Shown here one piece after another: positions 10,915 through 21,106 of a stretch of DNA of 32,000 bases (positions are counted from its first letter, which is position 1; every line of letters starts with the position of its first letter). The notes under the pieces are model-generated. The model made no database searches and had not been told where the DNA came from. It saw nothing but the letters and a program-made list of their open reading frames with translations. Origin of the DNA: Wallemia ichthyophaga EXF-994 (lineage: Eukaryota; Fungi; Basidiomycota); NCBI RefSeq assembly GCF_000400465.1, contig NW_008806279.1:84097-116096 (forward strand), given 5' to 3'. The position numbers were made by a program, and so were the translations under genes.

Positions 10915-11865
10915 ATGCATTCGGATGGAGAGAGTGCAAGCGCAGTGAGGGATGTTGCGTTTGGCAGTTCCGCGGGGATGATCGCCAAGGTTTTCGAGCA
11001 CCCTTTCGATCTCATCAAAGTACGCCTCCAATCGCAGCCACTCGACAGGCCTGCACGGTTCCTCGGTCCTGTCGACTGCTTCAAGCAGACTCTAGCAGGC
11101 GAAGGTTTTCTTGGTCTCTATCGCGGTCTCTCTATGCCCGTTATTGGCAGTATGGTTGAGAATGCCACTCTCTTCGTCGTCTACAACCAGGCACAGGATT
11201 TCATCCGCTCCTTCTCCGCTATCCCCCGCGACTCCTCTCTTACTCTCACCCACCTCGGTGTGGCGGGTGGTATAGCTGGTGGCGTCACCTCCTTCGTCCT
11301 CACCCCGATCGAATTCATCAAGTGCAGAATGCAAGTGCAAATGCTCTCGCACATGGCCTCTGCACAATCCCCTCATCCACCCGTCACGAAAGCCCCGGGC
11401 GCGGTAGGTATGTTCCTCGACACACTCCGCACACGCGGCGTTAAAGGCCTCTGGTTGGGCCAGACAGGCACCTTCATTAGAGAGGCTGGTGGCAGTGTCG
11501 CCTGGTTCGGTGCTTACGAATGCCTAAGTCGGGCATTCCTTAAGAATACCTCAAACCCTACCGATAAATCTCAGCTTAAAACTTGGCAGCTCATCGTCGC
11601 AGGCGCTGTCGCTGGTGTCTCTTACAATGTCATCTGCTTCCCTGCTGATAGCGTCAAGTCCGCGCTGCAAACTTCGGACGAACTCGGAAGTACGAGTGGC
11701 GCTAATGGTGCCGCCAAGAAACGCTTCTTCCAGACTGGAATGGATATTTATAGGAGTAGAGGATTCGCAGGCCTTTATGCAGGTATGGGTGTTACCATCG
11801 CCAGGAGTGCTCCCTCTTCCGCCATGATCTTTACCATATATGAATTCCTCAATCAGACCTTTTGA
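10915..11865 (+). CDS. ORT1: Mitochondrial carrier, ornithine transporter (Ort1/Arg-11-like)
   Basis: Three PxD/ExxK carrier repeats (HPFDLIKVRLQ, TPIEFIKCRMQ, FPADSVKSALQ); DVAFGSSAGM N-terminus typical of ornithine carriers. Confidence 0.85.
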   Translation: MHSDGESASAVRDVAFGSSAGMIAKVFEHPFDLIKVRLQSQPLDRPARFLGPVDCFKQTLAGEGFLGLYRGLSMPVIGSMVENATLFVVYNQAQDFIRSFSAIPRDSSLTLTHLGVAGGIAGGVTSFVLTPIEFIKCRMQVQMLSHMASAQSPHPPVTKAPGAVGMFLDTLRTRGVKGLWLGQTGTFIREAGGSVAWFGAYECLSRAFLKNTSNPTDKSQLKTWQLIVAGAVAGVSYNVICFPADSVKSALQTSDELGSTSGANGAAKKRFFQTGMDIYRSRGFAGLYAGMGVTIARSAPSSAMIFTIYEFLNQTF

Positions 11866-12002
11866 GGTGATGGTTGAAAAAACTACACATGCTGTTAATA
11901 AATAGATGTATAGATGTACAAATGCTTCATTTCTAGGTTGTGTGTGAGTTTCTATGCCTTGTCGTTATTCTTTTTCACTTGTTCACTTTTTTTTTTCCTA
12001 TT

Positions 12003-13228
12003 TCACTTATTCGTACTTGCGACCTTCGGCCTGTCTGCGCCTGAGAAAGTGTTTGCAGTTGGCTTGAGATGGGTAGCTTGTTGTGGTTGCTTCTCACCCG
12101 TCTTCAACTCCTCCCGACTCTGCTCTTCCGCCACCAACTCACCCTCATCCTTCCACAACTGGTCCTCAAAAGCGTCATAGTCCTCGCGCGCATCGAGCCA
12201 TCTCTCCTGGACATCTATATCGTGTTCACCTGGAAGTGAGCCCATAGCGGAGGTGAAGAGCGACAGTGCGCTGTCCTGTTCAGAGAGTTCGCCCTGAAAC
12301 ACATATCCACAGACTCGGTCAGTGAGTCTGACGAGCTTAGTCATGCTTTGTTTATCCTGCAGACATTCTCAGTGAGTTTATTACGCTCCATTTTCGCACT
12401 ACACACCTCGACTGCGAGTGTCTCAAAAGACACCAATCCGAAATCTTCAACCATCTCACAAATAGCCCTATTCAAACCTTCTAAACGAGAAGTGTGTCGC
12501 TGAGTGTTAAGATAGTCGCAGATGTAATCGAGATCGTGTACCTGTGTGTAATAATCGAGGTTGAAGGCTGATGAGGGGTGTAGTGAGGAATTGTACACGT
12601 ACAAAACGCACAGCACCCACGCAGATCACCGAAACGAGGAAGAGTGTCTATTTTAGACAGAACGTTGATTTGCGGTTGCTCCAAAGCCAGCATAGAACGG
12701 AGTGAGAGGAGACAAACGGCAATATATCTGCTTGGTTCAGCGAGACAATGAGCGTCGGTGAGATTGACGACTACTAGCTGATAAAGGAGTGTTAGCCTTT
12801 AAGGCAAATAACACCAAACCACGCGCACACACCCTGCAATCGAGTTGCTTCTTGAGCTTTGTGAGGATATTGGTGAGTGCGGTATGTCCCGTGGTGAGCT
12901 CGACCTGGCCAGGCATATCAAAAACCAAGTACTCGCCCCCACACTCCTCTATACGATGTTCCAACCAATCGAAATTGACGTCAATGTATTCAAACGCAAA
13001 GAGGGTGGCACCATTAGGACCGAGGGAATGTTCCTGCATGATATCGGCCACAGTACACAGATCACGTATATCAATATCAGGTGTGTAAGGTGGCTCATCG
13101 GCAGCAGGATCGAGATTGATACGTGTTAAGGGACGGTGAAGGGCGGTGAGGAACTGAGATAAACCATCCACATATGTCGTTTTGCCTGCGCCTGGTGGAC
13201 CGATGACGATCTGACCGAATTTAGTCAT
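12003..13228 (-). CDS. GPN2: GPN-loop GTPase 2 (355 aa)
   Basis: Exons 13228-12833, 12777-12621, 12567-12407, 12356-12003. FGQIVIGPPGAGKTT, NLDPA, LGPNG, FDMPGQVEL. Confidence 0.9.
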
Positions 13229-13261
13229 GAAACAGAAGTTGGTGGTTGGAAGACAACGACC

Positions 13262-14042
13262 ATGAACCAGCCACTTCACCAATTAACTGGGATTGAAGAA
13301 GGTGAGCTATTAATTGACCAATTGAAAGAAATACAAATATTATACAGATGCTATCATTCAACATCGATTGGCTATCGACGAGAAAGGCTGGAAGCAGTTG
13401 TCTAAGCGGGTGTTCAACAGCCACAGCTTAGAGGATAACCAAAGTGCTTTACTGGAGCTACACAAGTTTAAACTGCAAATGGATAGATCGCACTTGGTAG
13501 ACGCTGCCATCCAATCTCAGTCCACAGAAGCTCATTTGGAGAGAGAGAGGATGAATAGTGCGTGTTCCTCGATAATCCAACAGAACAATCAACTTGTCTA
13601 CGATCTGCACCAAGCTCAATTAGATAGACAGCGTAAAATGGAGTACGATTCCCTCGCTGCTGAGATATTCAATTACCCTTCACGCCAAGATAGTCAGCGT
13701 TCCATAGACGCCCTTCAATCTTCCATCGACGATCTTCACCACACCAAACACTCTCAACGTAACACCTTTTCAAACAGGGCTCTTACTTTTGCTGAGATTC
13801 TCGACGCTTGTGAGAGACTTAGAGGCGATGTTGGCGCTGAGGCTGAAGAAGGCAGACGGAGAGCTCTCGTTGAAATGGAACTCGAAGGTGAGACAGGTGA
13901 GAGAGGCGAGACAGGTGAGGCTGCTGAGGCTGCTGAGACTGGTCATCTTGCCGAGAAATCTAATCTAGACCCAAATGCCGCTGCTTTTGAGCCTGCCATA
14001 TCCAAAAAGGTTGATTTAGAGGAAGGCGAGGAGAATGAGTAG
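13262..14042 (+). CDS. THO7: THO complex subunit 7 (Tho7/Mft1 family)
   Basis: Exons 13262-13301 and 13348-14042 give EEDAIIQHRLAIDEK; R.RKMEYDSLA..I...PSR coiled-coil motif. Confidence 0.8.
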
Positions 14043-14078
14043 TAGTTATATCAAGTAATTACCATGTATTATTATTCC

Positions 14079-15004
14079 TTACTTATCATCTGATATAGCT
14101 GCCTCATTCATTAATGTCTTAGCTATCACCGTGTGTATATTCCGTGAAGCACTTTCTGCAATAGACAGCGCCTGCTTATAACCCCCTAAATCGAGCATTC
14201 CTGCTTGCCATATGTGTGTTATCTGTGTTAGTGCTGGCAGAGTGCACACTGTCATCATTCCCTGTGATTCCCTGACTTCTGACGGTGTTGGATCGACAAG
14301 CAACCTATCTGATTGAATAGCCTAGAGTGGGAGTGAGTGGATGCCACGCAAAAACATCAGAACCCACCAACGCCACTCCTACAACTAACCCATTCATTTC
14401 CAATCCCGCGCTCGCCAACGCGCATCCAGCCGCCGTCGTAATACATCCCATCAAACCGAAATCGAGTGAATCATCCTCTAAAATGGTCACAAAGACATCG
14501 ATCTGCATCTTCTCGTACTCGTCTAGTCTAAGACTGGGGAGAAGAGACTGTGTGACCTGGTTGCTGAGGTGTGTCGCGTCTAGCTCCTACCAATGTGGTT
14601 TTAGAACGGGAATCAATCAACTAAAACGCCCGCCTACTCTAACAGCATCACGTCGCACTGGCGAGCTGAACGGAGAGTGCTTTATCTCCACATTGAGCCT
14701 GCCGGTGGGAGAATACGCGGCGTTCTTTATCTGCTTCGGTCCATACACTGCGCACGCTATCTTTGTATTACCCGCCTCAAAGTAGGTGGAACCAGACGCA
14801 GAAGAAATCAAACCAGGTTTAAGGACTGTTTGAGCGTCATTCGTGGAGCTCACCGTCGCCGTCGCTGGTAAACATACAAATTGGCCTCATTTCGTCCACT
14901 TTACGTATTTCGCGTTCGTTTTTGGTAAATTGAGGAGATTCATTAGCGTAGAATACATCAGAGGTGATCTCAGGACCATTTACTCTCCTCCTGTCGAAAT
15001 TCAT
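14079..15004 (-). CDS. MTR3: Exosome RNase PH-like subunit Mtr3 (EXOSC6)
   Basis: Four exons. DRRRVNGPE start, MRPIFLKPGLISSASGS, KIACAVYGPKQ, MQIDVFVTILE, LLVDPT. Confidence 0.85.
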
Positions 15005-15344
15005 CGAGATGGTGGTGGTAGTGGTGGGAGTGGAGGGAGAGAGAGATAGAAAAGCGGCATGTGTATTATGAGTGGTGTTAGGAACAGATCTGGTATTATT
15101 TCTGACTATCTCTCCAAATATCTCTCACTGACATCAGCATCTACCATCGAGCTTAAAGATACCACAAGGATGGCAAGTAAAATAGCTTTGAATAATAAAA
15201 CACTATCAGCCTAATAAATATAAATTCGAATAAAATTATTTAAATTTACTCGATTTACTCGATTTACAATTTTTATCTCACCTCCCAAACCTCATCCAAC
15301 CAATTTTCGCTTCTCTTTGAGTGCAAGTCAGGAGCGTTGAAAAA

Positions 15345-15790
15345 ATGGTAAACATTCCAAAGACACGCCGCACCTACTGCAAGGGCAAGCAATGCCGCAA
15401 GCACACTCCACACAAGGTCACCCAGTACAAGAAGGGCAAGGACTCCATCTACGCTCAAGGTAAGCGTCGTTACGACAGGAAGCAATCCGGTTTCGGTGGT
15501 CAAACCAAGCCAATCTTCCACAAGAAGGCAAAGACCACCAAGAAGGTCGTCCTCCGTCTTGAGTGCTCTGCTTGCAAGTACAAGATGCAGCTCTCTCTCA
15601 AGAGAACCAAGCACTTTGAGTTGGTAAGTTGGTCTTTATATCCGTGTGCTTTGGCTAACGCTTGTTACAGGGTGGTGAAAAGTAAGCTCTTTGTTTTTTC
15701 TCTTCTTTTTTTGCGGAGAAAATCTTCACCCGAACACTCCCGCTAACAAACTCTTACAGGAAGCAAAAGGGCGCTGCTCTCGTTTTCTAA
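15345..15790 (+). CDS. RPL42: 60S ribosomal protein eL42 (L44/L36a), 106 aa
   Basis: Exons 15345-15623, 15671-15681 (11 nt), 15760-15790. [13 protein letters not shown]...[17 protein letters not shown]...[17 protein letters not shown]. Confidence 0.97.
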
Positions 15791-15947
15791 GCTATGTCCA
15801 AGCTTTACGAAAATATTCAAGTCGTACGTTTACCTACGCAATCCTCCCAACAAGGCTCACACAACATTCCAGTTACTTCTCACTTGTGCTTAAACATGAA
15901 TGAATTCGGCATTACTTGCGTGATATGCTACTCTGTTTGCTATACAA

Positions 15948-16961
15948 TTACTCTACCGCACTCTGCTTCACTTTGGCCCTGAACCTCGACATTGCACTGC
16001 CTTTCTTTGTGGATTTGGTGGTCGTGTTGGTGGTGTTGGTGGTATTGCTGTTATTGGTATTGTTGAAGACACTGTTATCCTCACTAGCGCTGCTTCTATC
16101 AACACCACTGACCCCAACAGATAATCCTTCGAAACCACCTATTTCATCACTCTTAGGCTCTTCTTTGTCGTTTCTCTCGTCGTTGATCCTCTCACCCTCA
16201 CCATTGTTCTCTTTCTTAGTATTCTTCCTCTCCTTGGTTGTCTCTCTCAGAATATCATCCAGGCTTTGCTCTCCACTCGCTGGATTGATTACGTCCTCAA
16301 ACACCTTGCTAAACTTGAAATTCTTGCTCCTATCCCTGTTAAACGCCTTACTCCCCTTAGCTAGCCGTCTTCTCTCTTCAGCCGTGCTTATAACTCCACC
16401 AGTACCCACTGCATCTTCGTTAAAAAAAGAAAGCAGGCTGGTCAAGATGGTCGAAACTGATAACATTGGATTCCATGTATCCTTGTGGAAATCACTAAAT
16501 GACGTGCATATGCTTGTGTTGGGCTTGAAACGTCCATTAGGCGTGTCTGTTGGCGTGTTAAGTAGGCACGTATCTACGCCTAGACAACTCACAAAACTTT
16601 ATATGTGGCGGTGAGAAAGGGTAATCTTTTGGAAACTAAGTACGTATGAGCTGGTATGTAAACTTCAAAATTCTGTCACACCTCTAAAACGCCATGAAAC
16701 TCGCCATCTTTATACGGAGAATCTTCACTTCCCATGAAAACAAAGTGCCAATTCAAAATATTTGATCTGAGTGGATGTGGTTAGTGTTGCTTGATGAATA
16801 AAACCTTCAAACACACTCTTCTGGCCTTGCGTAGGTATAAGGTGGACAGCCTTCAAGTTGCAACGTTGCGAGCTCCTTCATCAATCTCTTTCTAGCAGCA
16901 GGACTTGCCTATGATGATTCCATTAAACATTTCAATCACCTCAAAGAATATCCCCCACCAT
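15948..16961 (-). CDS. UBC6: Ubiquitin-conjugating enzyme, Ubc6/UBE2J family
   Basis: Five exons, the first coding only the ATG (16961-16959). ASPAARKRLMKE, ILNWHFV, PFSPP, TPNGRF..NT.ICTSFSDFH...WNP with the catalytic Cys. Confidence 0.85.
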
Positions 16962-17060
16962 ATTTTGCTTTAGTTGGTCTTACTCCTTCAACAAACCAAC
17001 GCTATTTTCTCATTTAAAACCTTGTTGAACGGCGGTAAGCTGAAAGAGTTACCAATCAAA

Positions 17061-19712
17061 ATGAAATATCAACTTGCAGCTGTATCCACACCTGCCAGCG
17101 ATACTCAGCAATCTATATGCCTCTTCTTCCCAAACGCAAGGTACTTGTTCGGTATTCCAGAAGCCACAACTAGAATGTGTATACAGCGTAAGCAGACTCT
17201 TAAAAAGCTAAGAGGTGCTTTCCTCTCACAGGCCACTGACGGTGGTCTCGCTGGTCTCACTATGTCTTTCGCAGACAGCTCTGGTAGTGGCACTCTTAAT
17301 GTCGCTGGTCCTGAAGGTACTCTACACAGAGTAGCTGGAATGCGCTATTACAATAAAAGAGATCAGCTCAAGGTCAATGTTTTAGAAAGCTTGATTGGTG
17401 ATAGATGCGAGGATGCCCTCTACTCTGATGAATTTGTCAATGTCTACGGCGTAACTACACATTCAATCAAATCTAACGAGTCTTATTCAAGCTCGTCCCC
17501 TTCTCCATCACGCAGCCAATCACCTTCACATTCCAAGCGTAACAACATGTCTTATGAGGAGAGCGTCGAATACAAGAGGAAAATTGTCGATGAAATCTTC
17601 CCTGGCTTGCTTCCACCGAATGGCTTAGATGGATCCTCAGAAATTTCCACACCCAAGAATGGCGGAGACGCTGTGGAAGATATCCCCTCACGAAACGACG
17701 CAAAGCTTTCGAGGCGTCTTGCTAGACTCCCAGCACCCAGACATCCTCGCTCTGATGCTGCCGCTAGCTACATTGTCATGGGTAAGCCGATGAGAGGCAA
17801 GTTCAACAATGAAGTAGCCGTGCAATTGCAAGTTCCTGGTCCTCTAAGATCGAAACTTACAAGGAAAGAGACCGTCACTTTCCAGCTAAGCGATGGCTCC
17901 GAGAGGACTGTCACGCCTGAACAAGTTGTCGCTCCTGATACTCCACCGACTGTGAGTGATAATCGGTCTTATCGATCTCACTCAGACAACGCTTAGGTAT
18001 TCTTTATCGTCAATGTTCCCAACAAGAAGCACATAACTACTCTCGTACAATCATCGGCATGGGAGAGACACAGACAGACCGACAAGCCACACATTCTTGT
18101 TCATAATGTCGGTTGGGGCGTGTTGGATAGCGAGGAATATGTGCAGTGGATCAAGTCTTGGGGTCCAGATACCCACCATCTCGTCTCGTCCCCTGAATAC
18201 ACCGCGAACAACGTATCGCTACCATCTTCATTCCTTTCCTTGAAAAGGGCCAGTGTTTTATCGGACGCGTTCAAGGCACCTCTGTACTCGCTAGACGCGC
18301 CACGCAGCCTACCTGAGACGCTCACATCTCAAGTCAAGATAGAAGTGCTAGACAAGCACCACAAGGCAGAGCTTAATCCACCAGAGGCGCCCTCTGTGCA
18401 GCCGACACTGATGAGCGGTCTGCCGCCAGGATTCGACATACGTCGCGAGACGACCGAGGATGAGCTGCTGAAGCAAGGTCTCAGCGAGAAGTCGTGGGAC
18501 AACTACTCCAAGGCTTGCGAAGCTGTCAAGGAGGAGGTATGTAAACTGACACCACCGGAAAGACAGGCAGGTGATGATGTAGTAGTCACCACTCTCGGCA
18601 CAGGAAGTGCACTGCCGTCCAAATACCGCAATGTATCTGCAACTCTCCTCCAGACGCCGCACGGTAATATTCTCCTCGATGCTGGCGAGGGCACGTGGGG
18701 GCAGCTGGCGAGGATGTTTGGCGAGCGCTCCAGAAACACCCCGCCAAGAGATGGAGATGGAGATGACAGAGAAGATGCATGGGATGTGCTCAAGAATACT
18801 AAAGCTATCTACCTCAGCCACGTTCACGCTGATCACCACATCGGGTTGGCGAAATTGCTTCAACTGCGATCCAAAGCTGTTGGACAGGAGAACCCAGTGA
18901 CTATCATCTGCAATCACCTCATACGCACTTATCTCCTTGAGCAGAACGAATTGGAGTATCTCGGTATAGGCAGGAAGGTGAAATTTGTAGATGTGGAAGC
19001 CTTACTATATAACCAAGACGTTGCTGTTGAAAAAGCGGGCTATCGGAAGCTCCAAGCAGATGAAGCTGCGCTCAACCTCGCAGCATTACGCCAATCGCTT
19101 AATCTCAAAGATGTAAAGACGGCGCTTGTGAAACACAGGTGTAAATGCCACGCTGGTATAATAGAAAGCAACGAGGGCTGGAAAGTGGTTTACTCGGGCG
19201 ATACGATGCCATGTGAGAACCTCGTCGAGAGCGGTAAGGACGCCACGCTGTTGATTCATGAAGCTACAATGGAAGATGGGCTCGAGGAAACTGCTGAAGC
19301 TAAAGGACATTCTACCATTGGACAGGCTATACAAATAGGCAAGGAAATGAATGCAAAGAAGGTACTGCTCACACACTTCTCACAACGTTACTCCAAACTC
19401 GCTCAGTCTTCCGAGTCACAGAACGGGACAATGGTCATTGCGCATGCTTTCGATCTGCTTAGTCTGAGAGTAGGCGATTTGTGGAAAATGTCTCATTACA
19501 ACAGTCCTCTTTCCTTCCTTCTCGCACAGGAAGTCGCAGGTGAGGAGACTGAAGACGTGATCGAGGAGGAACCTGTGGAAAAGCAAGAAAAACGTAGTAA
19601 AAAGTCGAGAAAAGCTCAGAATAAGGAGAAACGTAAGCCAAATTCTCTTTTTGACACTGTACATGAGAGTAACGCGAGCGATCAGCAACAGTCCAAAAAA
19701 GCTAAAGTATAG
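17061..19712 (+). CDS. TRZ1: tRNA 3'-endonuclease RNase Z long form (ELAC2)
   Basis: Exons 17061-17951 and 17997-19712. LGTGSALPSKYRNVS, LLDAGEGT, HVHADHH metal motif, YSGDT, HEAT, THFSQRY; basic NLS-like C-tail. Confidence 0.95.
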
Positions 19713-19739
19713 AACTAATTATACAACATACATATATTA

Positions 19740-21038
19740 TTACAGCAGAATCTTGCGCAGCTGTGTGATTTTTACAGGCTTGAGTGTGACGGGACAGCAA
19801 CTATGTTTGTCCACATACTCGAAAATACTCTTGAAGCTGTACACGTAGCCAGTAGGTACAAGCGTTGGATTCTCGAGCGGTGATCCTGTAAGTGGATCGA
19901 TGCCAAATTTGATATGTTCATCGTCGATGGTCGATTCGGGGTGTTTTGACAACTTGCCAGGTGGTGGTATTCTTGTCTTGTTCGCTTTCTTCTCCTCTTC
20001 GCGCTGTAATCGTGGCGACTGGTTGGAATACCACCACTGCAGGAACTTTAATATGAATAGCGTCACTGGCAGGGCTGTTTTGAGAGATGATAGTAGCAAA
20101 CTTGGTAGCCTGCGTATAAGGGAGGTTTGTTTAGTTGATTTTTGTATATGTAGCTAGATTTAGCGTCAGTTAGGCTGTTTAGTCAAGCGACAAGACAACC
20201 TCACCAGATCGCTCATAGTTTGACGGCGTATATCGACATTCATCCACGCCAGCCAAGGACGGTAGAAGGGCGTGGAGTTGAACATGTAGCGAACATTGTA
20301 GCTCAGCAGCGCACTCTCCAACGCGAGGTTGGCGTATGGATAAACCTTCTTGAATAATGTCTTGAATGAGTGCTGAGGGTTAGCGGAATTAGTGAGGTTG
20401 ATTTGCAAAGCTTATGCACATACCTCTTGCCGTGCTTGCCTCGTCTCGTCTCTGAACAGCTCGCTCGGTTCGTTTCCACCCCAGATATCATACAACTCCT
20501 TCCCTTTGGCACGCAGATAGGGTACACCAACCTGGTGCACGTGAGATAGAGCAATTCAACGGTGCTGTATACACACCAGGAAAGCCAGCGATCCATATAT
20601 CTGGCCTCTGCTAAGTTTATCGAAAGACTGGTGGTGCTTGTCAAGATACGCCGCCGATTGGCTCAATTCGAACGCCGGTCTATTGCGCCTTTTAAGGCCG
20701 TAGAAGGATTCAGTGAAAGAGGCGTCTGGTGTGTGTGAGTGGATGGCTGCAACTGGTTGGAAATGGCCTACTCTCAGTGCGCAGATAGTGCGATTCAACG
20801 ACGAGCATCACCAGGGCATACAGCTCCTCATGCCGATTCACCAATCTGATCAAATAGCGTGGATAGCGTGTTGCTAATATCTGTGCTTGTCAGCCATCAC
20901 TTGGTTGAGGCCACCACCACACACCGATAGGACGTATTTCACCGCCGGTTGCAGCAAATCTGTTAGCTCCTCCTGAGCAAACAACTCAAATAGCGACGGC
21001 TTTTCTGTAAATGACGAGCTTTCTAGTTGGGTGTCCAT
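19740..21038 (-). CDS. PEX12: Peroxin Pex12
   Basis: Five exons. [55 protein letters not shown]...QLRKIL. Confidence 0.92.
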
Positions 21039-21106
21039 TTATGAGAAAATAGATTACAAAGATGCATGATACAATGTCTCCTTATTTTTGTGGTGTACAA
21101 ATACCT

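Noticed and set aside
15245-15268. ATTTACTCG x2.6 in the RPL42/MTR3 promoter
   Set aside because: Short AT-rich duplication; no known ribosomal-protein promoter motif recognised.
15273-16614. Long antisense or alternate-frame ORFs (15273-15614, 15916-16614; also 6628-7101, 9007-9444, 18348-18917 and similar)
   Set aside because: They lie opposite well-supported genes, have no recognisable domains and are explained by codon bias and low complexity of the sense strand.
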